Positions 1-10,584 of a stretch of DNA of 64,000 nucleotides are shown piece by piece. The DNA lies in the NCBI GenBank assembly GCA_003144275.1, contig NJBF01000020.1:9481-73480 (forward strand), given 5' to 3'. A model generated the notes under the pieces. That model did not search any database, was not told the origin of the DNA, and was given only the letters and a program-made list of their open reading frames with translations. Source of the stretch: Candidatus Heimdallarchaeota archaeon B3_Heim. GTDB taxonomy: Archaea; Asgardarchaeota; Heimdallarchaeia; Hodarchaeales; Hodarchaeaceae. Position numbers and translations under genes: made by a program. Every line of letters starts with the position of its first letter. Position 1 is the stretch's first letter.

Positions 1-92
1 GAACCAAGGCATTAATAGATAGCTGTGATGATAGAAAATATTCTATAAACCATATTTCATCATTAATCATATTTGGAGAATATTTTTCTGAT

Positions 93-2069
93 TTGAAGAA
101 AAAAATGTCTTCCTCCAACCATTACAAAAGAGACCTGACAATAATGTTTTCAATTCAAAAAAAAGATGGCTTAGGACGCATAGGTACTATCTTAACGGCT
201 CATGGAAAGGTATCAACTCCTGTTCTATTGCCCGTTATTAATCCTAACAGACAAGAAATACCTCCGGCTGATATGGTTAAGTGTGGGGCTGAAGCATTTA
301 TCACAAATTCATATTTACTTTATCGTGATATTCCTAACAGAGAAAAAGCATTAAAACTAGGATTACATAAATTAATCGATTTTGATGGCCCTATAATGAC
401 AGATTCCGGGGCATTTCAGCTTATGGAGTATGGAGAAGTTTCTATCACAAATTCGTTGATTACTTCTTTTCAGGAGCAAATCCAGAGCGATATTGGAGTT
501 TTTTTAGACATTCCTACTAAACAAGGAGACCTCCAAGAGGTTCAGAATGCCTTGAAAAAAACACTGGTGAGAGCTGATGAACACATTCAGTGCCGAGATC
601 CATCGAGCAAAATTTTATGGGCTGGCCCTATTCAAGGAGGAGAATTTTTAGATTTAGTCGAACAATCAAGCATGGAAATGGCACACAAGGCCTTCGATAT
701 TCATCCAATAGGTTCAGTTGTACCATATTTAGAACGTTATAATTTTGAGACTGTTGTCAAAATGATATTGACTGCAAAAAAGCATCTTCCATTGAATCGG
801 CCGATTCATCTATTTGGAGCCGGTCATCCTATGTTCTTCGCCATTTCAGTCTTTCTGGGTATTGATATGTTTGATTCTGCCGCATATTTCTTGTATGCAA
901 GAAAAAATCGCTATTTAACAGAATTTGGAACTCATTATTTAGATGATCTTCAATATTTCCCGTGTTCTTGCGAAATGTGTCTCTCACATAAGGTAAAAGA
1001 GTTACAACGCCTTGATCATTCAACACGTACTCATTTACTAGCCAAACACAATCTAAATGTAAGCTTTGCAGAACTTCAGAGAGTCAAGCAAGCAATCATT
1101 GAAGGGAGATTGTATGAATTAGTTATGTCTCGGACAATGAATCATCCATCGCTGGCTAGATTAATTCCACATTTATTTGATACCCCCACTTCTAATTTCA
1201 TTGAAACTTTTACGCCAATCTCCTCTAAAAGAGCCAAATTAATTACTCACCCTGCTTTGAAGTTTCATCCACAAATATTGAGATATAAACAACGAATTCT
1301 CAATCGGTTCTATCCGTGGAGTTCCAAACTAATCCTAGCACGTGATTATCGTAAAATCCGATCAACAAAGAATTTTCAAGTACTGAAGATATCACCACTT
1401 TTTGGAGTAATACCAGATGAGTTACAAGGAGTTTACCCACTTGTTCAACATGAAAGAATACCTTTGCATTTTACCGAACAAGATATTGAATTTATTGAAG
1501 AGTTCCTTAGTAAATATAAGGAAAAATTTCAAGCAATAGAACTTCATTCCAACCTAGAAATTAATAGCAATATAATAGATCAATTTAAGATTATGGACAA
1601 AAATAAAAGAACTTCCAAGCCATCCGATGAATTTAAACTCAATGCAATTATAGATTTCCAATTTGGATCGGGTATCCATGAAGTATTTGATGATATGCCT
1701 GTATCTGTGCATCGTTCCCCTAAAACCGGAATCTTAAGAAATTTTACTTATCTGGACAAAATTGTGGGGACCATACGCCCCTCTGATTTTTCCATAATTC
1801 CTTCAAAATCATTTGCTGAAAAACTCTGTAAGCTTATCCCCGCTCCTAAGTTACGTGTAGTCGCTTCAGATGATAGTATTCCTTTTGTTTCTAGAAATAA
1901 AGATCTTCTAGCAAGATTCGTTAAAAATGTGGATCCAGAAATAAAATGTGGAGAAGAGGTGTTTATTGTCGATGACAAAGGAAATTTTATTAATTCTGGA
2001 AGAGCCCATTTATCAGCTTCTGAAATGATCCAATTTAATCATGGTATAGCTGTGAGAGTCCGAAGATGA
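93..2069 (+). CDS. tgtA: Archaeosine tRNA-guanine transglycosylase (ArcTGT) with a C-terminal extension that may include a PUA domain
   Basis: TGT-family N-terminus (DGLGRIGTILTAHGKVSTPVLLPVINP; FDGPIMTDSGAFQL). Zn-binding CxC...C region (FPCSCEMCLSH). At 658 aa it is the long archaeal form. TTG start in the ORF track; the real start may be the downstream MFSIQKKDG. Confidence 0.8.
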   Translation: MKKKMSSSNHYKRDLTIMFSIQKKDGLGRIGTILTAHGKVSTPVLLPVINPNRQEIPPADMVKCGAEAFITNSYLLYRDIPNREKALKLGLHKLIDFDGPIMTDSGAFQLMEYGEVSITNSLITSFQEQIQSDIGVFLDIPTKQGDLQEVQNALKKTLVRADEHIQCRDPSSKILWAGPIQGGEFLDLVEQSSMEMAHKAFDIHPIGSVVPYLERYNFETVVKMILTAKKHLPLNRPIHLFGAGHPMFFAISVFLGIDMFDSAAYFLYARKNRYLTEFGTHYLDDLQYFPCSCEMCLSHKVKELQRLDHSTRTHLLAKHNLNVSFAELQRVKQAIIEGRLYELVMSRTMNHPSLARLIPHLFDTPTSNFIETFTPISSKRAKLITHPALKFHPQILRYKQRILNRFYPWSSKLILARDYRKIRSTKNFQVLKISPLFGVIPDELQGVYPLVQHERIPLHFTEQDIEFIEEFLSKYKEKFQAIELHSNLEINSNIIDQFKIMDKNKRTSKPSDEFKLNAIIDFQFGSGIHEVFDDMPVSVHRSPKTGILRNFTYLDKIVGTIRPSDFSIIPSKSFAEKLCKLIPAPKLRVVASDDSIPFVSRNKDLLARFVKNVDPEIKCGEEVFIVDDKGNFINSGRAHLSASEMIQFNHGIAVRVRR

Positions 2070-2190
2070 ATCATTCGGATAGACAGTCATATTAGTTCAA
2101 ATCAATTTTATGAGACAACTGATTTCCTCACACGTTCTGGAAAATCGCCAAAAGAGTTAGCTTTTAAATTTCTAGAAAAATAATTGCTAA

Positions 2191-3135
2191 ATGGAGGTAA
2201 GATCTGTGCCCCAGCGAACCAGAAGGAAAAACTTGTTGGAAATTTCAAGCCAGCCCGAATTATGGATATTTAGCAATTTACTAGCTGAAAAATGGATTAG
2301 TGAGAAAGATATTGAAAATCCTATGTTTGAACGGCGTGTTACGATGCCCATATCATTACCTTCTGGTACCGCGATTTTTAAGATTGAATCTGATGGAACT
2401 CAAGGGGATGTTATTTCATTCTCAATTGCTCATTCGTCTGAGATTCGTCTTTTTCAACTCCTAGAACCTGCACAAATTTCAAAGTTCAAACAAATTGTAC
2501 TATCATCTGTAGATACAATTTATAATGAGAATTTTGACTTTTTTAGCTATTTACAACCATATTATTTGCCAAAATTGAGAGATATTGGAGTAATGGAAAT
2601 TTTAGGAGATACACCTATACAAGACTTATCAAATTATGGAGTTAAATCACGAATTTTGCTGCGAATTTCTGATCCTGTACAGGGATATGAAGTTCCACAA
2701 TTTTGGCGTGTGAATAAAAGCCTAGAAGCTTTATCAAGGAATGATACGAGAAATAACAAGCGAATAAGTTACCTTCGCTCTACCATATGTGATCGCTTAG
2801 CAAAACATGCCGTAATAGAGAGTCTCAGATGTGCAATCATTGCACTCAAACACTATGCAGATTTATTGGATAGCATGACATCTGAATCCAAGATAGAATA
2901 TTCTGATGAATACTTAGAGCTTGCTGACGGTTTGTATCAGTTAGGAGAATTTCAAGATTCGGCTGTGTTTTATTCAAAATGTCTTTCTCATTCAAATTAT
3001 GAAAACAGGGAAGAAGAAGTTAGAAACAAAATTCTAGCAGCTTTAAAATCGTCTATAGAACAGTTAGAACCCCAAGAATTTCTCGAATACGCATTATTCG
3101 CAGCTCGAGTAGCTCGTGGGCATGAAGAGAAGTGA
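2191..3135 (+). CDS. Hypothetical protein
   Basis: 314-aa ORF with coding-like composition. No recognisable motif. Confidence 0.3.
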   Translation: MEVRSVPQRTRRKNLLEISSQPELWIFSNLLAEKWISEKDIENPMFERRVTMPISLPSGTAIFKIESDGTQGDVISFSIAHSSEIRLFQLLEPAQISKFKQIVLSSVDTIYNENFDFFSYLQPYYLPKLRDIGVMEILGDTPIQDLSNYGVKSRILLRISDPVQGYEVPQFWRVNKSLEALSRNDTRNNKRISYLRSTICDRLAKHAVIESLRCAIIALKHYADLLDSMTSESKIEYSDEYLELADGLYQLGEFQDSAVFYSKCLSHSNYENREEEVRNKILAALKSSIEQLEPQEFLEYALFAARVARGHEEK

Positions 3136-3143
3136 GATATTAT

Positions 3144-3863
3144 TTAATCAAGAATGTGCTTGAATAAATTCATTGTCATGATTTTCGATCCATAGAAGAT
3201 TTCAGCATACTTACAACCTGCAAGAGAACCGAAAAATCTACCCATACCTTCTAACCAATCAATGATGGGGGGATTATAAGAAGAGTGAGCTCTAAATTGG
3301 GACTCGTAAGCTAACAAGGCTGATTTTTTAGTTTCAAAATGTTCACTAATGTCGACAGTAAATTGTAGGGGTTGGGATCGAGTAAAGAGTTCGCGAGCGG
3401 TATAATAGTAAAATACATTATCTATCCGCCATGGAGCTAGTCCATCGAACATATGTTCCCATTTTGTTAATCTACTATAAAATGTGGCTGCATCAAATAT
3501 AAGCTGACTTTGATAATGATCAGGGGAGGCTCTGGGAGTCATACCCTGCATCCCAATAACAATTTTTGGTTTCATTCTCCTAAATTCTTTTGCTAATTTC
3601 ATTCGTGCCTCTAAATTATCAAGCAATTTTCGGTTAGGTAGATCAAGAGTTACTCTTTCAATCCCAAGAATTTTTGCAGCTTTTGACGCTTCAGCGAGAC
3701 GTACTTGCGGATCATCGTTGAAGGGTGTTGGTTCTCCATTAGTCAAATCTATGATACCAATACGGTAGCCCTTTTCCGAAAGTAAAGCAAGTGTTCCTCC
3801 ACAACCAATTTCTGCATCATCAGGATGAGGTGAAACGGCAATTAAATCAAATTTTTTACTCAT
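3144..3863 (-). CDS. PIG-L/LmbE family N-acetylglucosaminyl deacetylase
   Basis: Diagnostic N-terminal motif SPHPDDAEIGCGGT. About 240 aa, typical for the LmbE-like fold. Confidence 0.7.
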   Translation of the reverse strand: MSKKFDLIAVSPHPDDAEIGCGGTLALLSEKGYRIGIIDLTNGEPTPFNDDPQVRLAEASKAAKILGIERVTLDLPNRKLLDNLEARMKLAKEFRRMKPKIVIGMQGMTPRASPDHYQSQLIFDAATFYSRLTKWEHMFDGLAPWRIDNVFYYYTARELFTRSQPLQFTVDISEHFETKKSALLAYESQFRAHSSYNPPIIDWLEGMGRFFGSLAGCKYAEIFYGSKIMTMNLFKHILD

Positions 3864-4205
3864 AAGACCATTCTATCCTTAAAAAACAATGAGATGATGA
3901 ATATGATTTTTTACTATTTTTAGACCATTTATCAATATGAGAATTAAATAGATTCTTCAAATTTCCTTATTATCAGTTGACAGAGCAAAGTAAAAAGCTA
4001 ATCTACAACAATTATTATTTTAGCACATAAATTGAGAACAAAGACCAGAAGTAGAAATAAAATCTGAAAGTCATTTAATATAGAAGGATAAGATCCCTCC
4101 GGAATTTAGCATTCCTTTTTAAGTAGAAGAATAATAACGAAATAGACTGACAAGTGTGATAAGTGTTAGGAAATTGGTACCAATCCAAACAATTTATCAT
4201 TCTAA

Positions 4206-4958
4206 GTGATTCTTAGACTTTATTTCAAAGTAAAAATTTTCGAGGAAGATTCATTGAGTCAAAATGAAGAGCTAGTTTTTGAAGAGTCGCAACAAGGGAT
4301 CAAAATTGTTATCTGGGGACCAACATTAGCAGGAAAAACGACAGCTTTAAGTTTATTCCATGCAATCAAGAAAAAAGAGGATCCTGAAAGCGTCTATAAT
4401 TTTTTAAAGCTTGAAGATAAAGCTACAGAGAGAACTATCGGTTTTGACCAAGCTACCTTCGGTTTAGGAGGAGGTCCAGGAAAGGGATTTAAGTACCATC
4501 TATTTACAACCCCTGGGCAAGATAGATTTAAATCCATGAGAAAGATTGTAATCAATGGACTTCATGGTCTGATCGTTGTGATTGATTCAGAGAAAGCTCG
4601 ATGGGAAGAGAATAAGGACAGCCTTAAAGAGCTCTTCGAGGTTTCTGGAGATAAAATATATACGGGAGAGATAAAAATCGCGATCATGCTAAACAAAATG
4701 GATTTACCAGTAGAAACTCGTATAAGTGCTGCGGATGTCGGGAGATTAATGCTAGAAGCAGGTGTCTCTACTTCACTACGAGATACATTTGCAAGTACCT
4801 TTGAAGTTAGTTGTTTGAATGCGCTGAGTGCGCTTCGCGAAGCATGGAATAAGGGAGAATGGAACCCAAAACAGCGCCCTCAAGCTGTTCAGAGAATCAT
4901 ACAGCCAATTCAAATGGTTATTCGGGATATTTTGATATCCGAGCTCCAGAAACGATGA
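4206..4958 (+). CDS. MglA-family Ras-like small GTPase
   Basis: G1 GPTLAGKTT matches MglA GPGLCGKTT. Switch I carries an Arg (ERTIGFD against DRTLFFD). G3 is TTPGQ with Thr in place of Asp, as in MglA TVPGQ, and is followed by RK-I-NG-G-VIDS as in MglA. G4 is NKMD. C-terminal extension of about 50 aa. Confidence 0.7.
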   Translation: MILRLYFKVKIFEEDSLSQNEELVFEESQQGIKIVIWGPTLAGKTTALSLFHAIKKKEDPESVYNFLKLEDKATERTIGFDQATFGLGGGPGKGFKYHLFTTPGQDRFKSMRKIVINGLHGLIVVIDSEKARWEENKDSLKELFEVSGDKIYTGEIKIAIMLNKMDLPVETRISAADVGRLMLEAGVSTSLRDTFASTFEVSCLNALSALREAWNKGEWNPKQRPQAVQRIIQPIQMVIRDILISELQKR

Positions 4959-5163
4959 GTTACTCTTCGTGACCTCATCAAGAAAACCTTGATAAGTTGA
5001 ACTTAGTGAGGTAGGGTGTTGAAAAACCTTTTATTTAGACTTTCTCGATGGGTATAATAACCAATTTATACTAATTCAGAGAAATATGTGATAAGAAGGG
5101 ATGATGGTTCATTAAAGTCAGTATCCTTTCTTGTGGGAAGAAAGAATAACCTGAGGAATATTA

Positions 5164-7050
5164 ATGAAAAAAAATAAGTTACAAGAAATCGTTGAGGGTC
5201 ACCATAAGATTGAAGAAGAAGAGAGATTGAGGTTTGACCAAAAACCCTCTGAAATTCCACCTCTACCAAAGGGAAAGGCTGCTTTAACCCCCACTACCAA
5301 AGCTGGATGGCAGACTGAAGGAATAATTCGTGCTATTATTTCAAATCTGCATAATGGGAAAGATTGGGAGAAATTATTCATTTATGGGGGTAGTGGAAAG
5401 GTTATGAGGAATTGGAAGGCCTATTACGAAACAATGTATATGTTACAGTCGTTGGAGTCAAATGAAACACTTTTCATGCAGTCAGGGGTTCCCTATGGGA
5501 AAACTATAACTCATCAATTCGCACCTCGGTGTGTTGTGACGAATTCTGTTATTGTACCAAATTGGACGCAATCATTTCAGGAAATGGTTGATGCAGGTTT
5601 GTCAGTTTATGGCCAAATGACCGCAGGTAGCTGGATTTTCATCGGATTACAGGGAATAATTCAGGGTACATACGAAACGATGATATCAGCAATTAAATCA
5701 GCTGAAAAGACTCCAAATTTTAATAAACTAACTGCGTTTGAGCAAAATGTGATTGTTACTGCAGGTCTTGGCTTGATGGGAGGTGCCCAAGCACTAGCTA
5801 TAAAAATGGTCGGGAAAATCGCTCTAATAGCTGAAATTGATCCAACCAATCTAGATCGTATGTTCAATGAAGGTCGGGATGAAGGTACTCCATATTTGGA
5901 TATTAAAGTAGATTCTATAGAGGAAGGAGTTAAAATTGCACGAGAATATGCATTAAAAGACGAACCGACGTCTATTGGCATATTATGTAATGCGGTTGAA
6001 TTACTTGAATATTTAACCATAAATAATATTACTCCGCATGTCCTTACAGATCAGACTTCAGCACATGATATGTTAAATGGATATGTTCCTGCTAACATGA
6101 CATACGAGGAAGCAGTAGAATTAAGAAAAATTAATCCCAAAAAGTATAAGAATTTAGCGTTTAAAACCGTCAAAACACATGTAGAATTAATGGTGGAGTT
6201 ACAGAAAAGGGGAGCTGAAACATTTGATTATGGTAACAATATCCGTACTCAAGCATTTAAGGAGGGTTATAAAGAAGCTTATAAATTCACAGGTTTTGTC
6301 CCCAAGTATATTAGACCGTTGTTTTGTGAAGGAAAAGGGCCATTCAGATGGGCCGCTTTATCTAATAATCCAAAAGACATCTTGATTACCGACAAATATG
6401 CTAAAAGGCTATTTCACGACGATCCGATGTTGCTCAATTGGATTGATCTAGCCTCGAAGTACATTCCTTTTGAAAAAGGACTTCCTGCAAGAGTATTTTG
6501 GGCAGGATACAAAGGTAGAGCTGCATTTGGGATGTTATTGAATAAATTATATTCTGACGGAGCGATAGACGCACCTGTCATTATAGGTAGAGATCATTTG
6601 GACGGGGGATCAGTAGCAAGCCCCTATCGTGAAACTGAAGGAATGAAAGATGGATCTGATGCCATTGGAGATTATCCAGTTTTAAATCTGTTGGGAAACT
6701 CACTTTCTGGGGCAACTTGGGTTAGTTATCACGGTGGTGGAGGTGTTGGAGTCGGGTATTCTCTTCATGCAGGGCAGGTGTGTGTCGCTGATGGAACACC
6801 TCTTGCACAAGAACGACTGTTTAGAGTACTAACATGGGATCCAATGTCAGCAGTCTTACGTCATGCAGCAGCTGGATACGAAAAATCATTGAAATTCGCT
6901 ACAACAAACAAAATTTTGGTTCCAGGAATAACAAAAGACCAAAATGTGAACTATCATAATCTCTATGAGGAATTAGTATCATTAGTTAAAAGACGTACTG
7001 AAATAGACCTATTTCCTCCCTCCAAAAATTTGAATATCAAATTTCTTTGA
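5164..7050 (+). CDS. hutU: Urocanate hydratase (urocanase)
   Basis: 628 aa. NAD-binding and active-site regions including YHGGGGVGVGYSLHAG and GRDHLDGGSVASP. GAGG-like RBS 8 nt upstream of the ATG. Confidence 0.85.
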   Translation: MKKNKLQEIVEGHHKIEEEERLRFDQKPSEIPPLPKGKAALTPTTKAGWQTEGIIRAIISNLHNGKDWEKLFIYGGSGKVMRNWKAYYETMYMLQSLESNETLFMQSGVPYGKTITHQFAPRCVVTNSVIVPNWTQSFQEMVDAGLSVYGQMTAGSWIFIGLQGIIQGTYETMISAIKSAEKTPNFNKLTAFEQNVIVTAGLGLMGGAQALAIKMVGKIALIAEIDPTNLDRMFNEGRDEGTPYLDIKVDSIEEGVKIAREYALKDEPTSIGILCNAVELLEYLTINNITPHVLTDQTSAHDMLNGYVPANMTYEEAVELRKINPKKYKNLAFKTVKTHVELMVELQKRGAETFDYGNNIRTQAFKEGYKEAYKFTGFVPKYIRPLFCEGKGPFRWAALSNNPKDILITDKYAKRLFHDDPMLLNWIDLASKYIPFEKGLPARVFWAGYKGRAAFGMLLNKLYSDGAIDAPVIIGRDHLDGGSVASPYRETEGMKDGSDAIGDYPVLNLLGNSLSGATWVSYHGGGGVGVGYSLHAGQVCVADGTPLAQERLFRVLTWDPMSAVLRHAAAGYEKSLKFATTNKILVPGITKDQNVNYHNLYEELVSLVKRRTEIDLFPPSKNLNIKFL

Positions 7051-7117
7051 GCTTGCATTTAAGCAAATAATAAATTAAGGGTCAATATTGAATTCGAATC
7101 GACGAACGTGACAAATT

Positions 7118-7585
7118 ATGCTTCCAATCTCTGCAACAGAACCAAAATCTGCCTCCAATTGGCTATCTGAGCATAAAGGAATAAGTTTTTCTTTTGTATT
7201 CGGTATAATTTTCGTAATAATGGAAATACTCGGTATGATCGGAAATTCTATTATTTCCAGCGGCCCAGCCTTAATTATGATGCAAACAGTACTACTACTA
7301 ATTCTCTTCGTGGGCATGATGATATTTATCTATAATTTAGGATATGTTGTCATCATGCTAACGATAGATGAAGGTTTAAATGAGGAAGAAGTAATATTAC
7401 TAAGATGGTTACTTAAACGTGCCATTGGAATATCTGTAATTTGGTTTTTGGGAGTAGTCGTATTAATGCTAACACTTACTCAATATCCTTACTTGCTTGC
7501 TGGAATGAATTGTTTCATATTGGCCTTTTTATTTTATATCATTAGGAAAGGTGAGAATCCTCTTACAGAAGGAACTTCCATTTAA
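7118..7585 (+). CDS. Small polytopic membrane protein (about 4 TM), first gene of the ChlI-vWA operon
   Basis: Hydrophobic segments FVFGIIFVIMEILGMIG, LIMMQTVLLLILFVGMMIFIY, VIWFLGVVVLMLTL and FILAFLFYII. 17 bp upstream of the next gene. Confidence 0.35.
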   Translation: MLPISATEPKSASNWLSEHKGISFSFVFGIIFVIMEILGMIGNSIISSGPALIMMQTVLLLILFVGMMIFIYNLGYVVIMLTIDEGLNEEEVILLRWLLKRAIGISVIWFLGVVVLMLTLTQYPYLLAGMNCFILAFLFYIIRKGENPLTEGTSI

Positions 7586-7601
7586 TTAGCTTACTTTAAT
7601 T

Positions 7602-10577
7602 TTGGATATGTCTTGCATGGTGATTAGAGAAGAAGAACCGCCATTGGTTATGACTCTCTCTACATCAAGTTTTTCTGACTTTGAAGGTAATCATGAGCTT
7701 AAATTATTACTGATTTTACTTGCAATTGATCCCTCAATTTCTGGAATCTTAATTCACGGATCTACGGGAACTGGTAAATCGTTAATTCTTCATTTTTTCC
7801 AACAACTGAAAATTCCAATGGTGAAAAATTCGACCTGCCAGTATAACTGTACCTTGGACAGCAGAGCATTATGTGGTGAGTGCTTGGATAAAAAAAATAG
7901 GGAGATTCTAATCGATCAACAAGATTCTTTTGTTCCAATCGTTAAGATGCCTATACATGCTTCTCTAGATTCGTTAGTTGGCAGTGTCGATATCACATTA
8001 AATTTTCGTCTAGGGATTCTAGGCCAGGTGAACAACGGGTTTTTGATCTTAGACGATCTTCATCTTCTCCCTCAGGAAACCATGAATATTCTTCTAAGTG
8101 CATGGCAATTCAATAAGAACACTATTCAGCGAAATACACTTTCCCTTGAACACCCTAGCAATTTTTGTCTAATTGCATCAATGAATTCTCTCAATTCTGA
8201 AATTTCAGCAAGTTGGGGAGATAAATTTGCTTTTTCTTATCAGCTAAATTATAGAAACACTATTCAAACTAGAATTGAGATTATGGAAAAGAACCTGTTC
8301 GGCAAATTTTCTTCAAATAATTCTAAGACCACTCCATTCTTTGAAGCCTCTTCCTCTCTAATACAAGAAATTGTCCGGTCTAGAGAGAATATCCAGCATG
8401 TAACTATTCCTTCTGACTGCATTACACTTATAGCTAGAATTTGTTCTCACTTTCAAGTAGATGGAGTTCGAGCTGATATTTCGTTAACAAAAGGAGCTAG
8501 AGCTTTAGCTAGTTTTCAAAATTGCAACTCTGTCACAAAAGAAGACATTATCTTCTTGGTTCCGTATATTCTTGCCCATCGTATACCTTTAGATAATCCA
8601 GATGAAATTACACGGGTAATAGACAGACTGGTAACAACTGAAAGTGCAGAATCGAAAGAAAATGAATCAAAAAATGAAGCCATTGATAAAACTCCCTTGA
8701 TTAAAGGGTCTAATCATTTTTTACACAAAACGATTGAAAATTCCGTTAAGTTTGGAAGTATTATAATGATTACTTATATATTAAGTTTAATCATTGTTAG
8801 AATTCTTTCTGTACCAAGTCTACTACCAGTTATCTTTGGATTGGTATTAATATGGGGAATTTGTTCATTCTTACTTTATTTGTGGGTACAGAAAAGGCAT
8901 AAACTGATGACTGAATATGGATTAATCGAGAAAAAGGCTAAATCAACTTCAAATTTAAAATCTTTTTCCCAGGTAAAGACATTTCGATTATCTGATTCCA
9001 CAAAAGAAGATAAGCGGGATATTAAGAGAAAAGTAGAATTTGAACTTGAGGAAGATCAATCCAACAGTGGAAAAATCCTTCGGTTTGTCGGTTTGCAGAG
9101 ACGTAGAGGGCTTATTTCTTTATCTGATAGCCTACGATTTTGGATCATGATATTAGGCCTCTTTATTCTTATCATAACAATCGTGGTTTATACAATGCTT
9201 ATTCTATTAGTTCCTCCTGAATTTTGGTTGACAATTTTCTTTTTCGTTTTCATTTTATTCACAATGGGGTATCTTCGTCAATTAAATCAAGATGAATGGA
9301 AGATCAGAAGAGCTGCAGACGTGGGTGCCTCTCTGGGGGAAACTAGTAAGAAAGTCTCAGATCTTGGAATCGGGTTGCATGTTTCACCATTGGAATTTAA
9401 ACGTACAATGCAAAATACTCAGTCAAAATCTGAACAATCTATCGTGAGCAAATTAGCGAAATTAGATGTAATCAGAAAAGACACCGAGCCGCTCATGGGA
9501 AAGAGCTTTATGGGTGATTTTGGCTCTACAGGTATAGTAAACCATTCCCAGAGAGTTTTAGCCGCGAAATTTCCTCGTCAACCTACCAGAATTGATCCTA
9601 AACGTCAAGCTATGTCTGGAAAAAGAGCTCTGAGTTTAACCTCTTTACAGACAGGTAGAGTGATTGGAGATAAACCATTCAAAGATTTTCCCAAGAGCTT
9701 TCACGTACTAGCAACAATCATTAACTCGTTGAGAAGGAATCCACCACATTTTCATGGTAGCTCTCAACAATCTTTACAATTAGAAATGAGTGATGTTCGT
9801 GAAAAGGTGTTTAGCAGTCGGGTATCAGCAATAATCATATTTGTACTTGATTTATCACAATCAATTGAGAACGTCATAAATACCGTATCATCCTCTGTTA
9901 ACTGGCTTTCTCGTCAAGCATATTTATATCGTGATAGAGTAGGACTTGTGATTTTACAAGGAACTCAAGCTCTTACCATTCAACCCCCTACTTCTAATTT
10001 AAACTTGGTTAAACGTAAATTACGTCGTCTTCGTGTGACTGGATCGACTCCCTTACCTGCTGGTATCCAAAAAGCTATTGAGCTTATTAAAATCGAACGG
10101 ATTCGAAGTAAGAATGAAGTAATTCCAATGATTATCTTAGTTACTGATGGAGCAACAAATATTCCCTTGTTGAAACATCCTGTTACAGGAATTAACCGAA
10201 ATCTTCCCTTAAAAAATCTTGGTATTGACCGTGCGGTTAAGACATCCATAGAGGATTGTCTAACACTAGCTAATCAGATTAAAAGAGAAAAAATATCATT
10301 TAATATATTTAGTGCCAATATAAAGGGTAATGATTTATTTCAAAATATCATTAATGATAATAATCAACCGACGAAAGAATTTTTAACATCTCTAATCTCT
10401 AATAAAAATTTATTTAAAGGAAAGCAATTTATTCAATTATGGTCGTATGCTTTACTAAGAACAATGCAAGAAATCACTCTAGGAAATTTATTTTTATTAT
10501 CAAGTCATCTAACTGATGAGAACTTGGAAACTTTACGAATTGCAAGAGCAGAGATACTTTCCAACATAGACAGGTGA
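7602..10577 (+). CDS. Membrane-embedded ChlI-type AAA+ ATPase fused to a vWA (MIDAS) domain; ChlD/BchD-like with a Cys4 insert and 4 internal TM helices
   Basis: Walker A GSTGTGKS. ChlI signature MPIHASLDSLVGSVDI. Walker B GFLILDDLHLL. Cys cluster CQYNC-x8-CGEC at nt ~7836-7886. Hydrophobic TM block at aa ~385-430 and ~510-560. C-terminal vWA with MIDAS DLSQS (nt ~9850) and VTDGATN. Confidence 0.6.
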   Translation: MDMSCMVIREEEPPLVMTLSTSSFSDFEGNHELKLLLILLAIDPSISGILIHGSTGTGKSLILHFFQQLKIPMVKNSTCQYNCTLDSRALCGECLDKKNREILIDQQDSFVPIVKMPIHASLDSLVGSVDITLNFRLGILGQVNNGFLILDDLHLLPQETMNILLSAWQFNKNTIQRNTLSLEHPSNFCLIASMNSLNSEISASWGDKFAFSYQLNYRNTIQTRIEIMEKNLFGKFSSNNSKTTPFFEASSSLIQEIVRSRENIQHVTIPSDCITLIARICSHFQVDGVRADISLTKGARALASFQNCNSVTKEDIIFLVPYILAHRIPLDNPDEITRVIDRLVTTESAESKENESKNEAIDKTPLIKGSNHFLHKTIENSVKFGSIIMITYILSLIIVRILSVPSLLPVIFGLVLIWGICSFLLYLWVQKRHKLMTEYGLIEKKAKSTSNLKSFSQVKTFRLSDSTKEDKRDIKRKVEFELEEDQSNSGKILRFVGLQRRRGLISLSDSLRFWIMILGLFILIITIVVYTMLILLVPPEFWLTIFFFVFILFTMGYLRQLNQDEWKIRRAADVGASLGETSKKVSDLGIGLHVSPLEFKRTMQNTQSKSEQSIVSKLAKLDVIRKDTEPLMGKSFMGDFGSTGIVNHSQRVLAAKFPRQPTRIDPKRQAMSGKRALSLTSLQTGRVIGDKPFKDFPKSFHVLATIINSLRRNPPHFHGSSQQSLQLEMSDVREKVFSSRVSAIIIFVLDLSQSIENVINTVSSSVNWLSRQAYLYRDRVGLVILQGTQALTIQPPTSNLNLVKRKLRRLRVTGSTPLPAGIQKAIELIKIERIRSKNEVIPMIILVTDGATNIPLLKHPVTGINRNLPLKNLGIDRAVKTSIEDCLTLANQIKREKISFNIFSANIKGNDLFQNIINDNNQPTKEFLTSLISNKNLFKGKQFIQLWSYALLRTMQEITLGNLFLLSSHLTDENLETLRIARAEILSNIDR

Positions 10578-10584
10578 ATAGATT

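Noticed and set aside
829-1978. Short antisense ORFs inside the TGT gene (829-1026, 1748-1978)
   Set aside because: They are fully embedded in a strongly supported CDS on the opposite strand and have low-complexity translations.
5066-6020. Short antisense or overlapping ORFs within and upstream of hutU (5066-5269, 5199-5381, 5661-6020)
   Set aside because: They are fully embedded in, or overlap, a strongly supported CDS on the opposite strand and have low-complexity translations.
7081-7100. GAATTCGAATCGACG resembling a tRNA T-loop
   Set aside because: No flanking cloverleaf pairing. It is just the AT-rich intergenic region upstream of a membrane protein gene.
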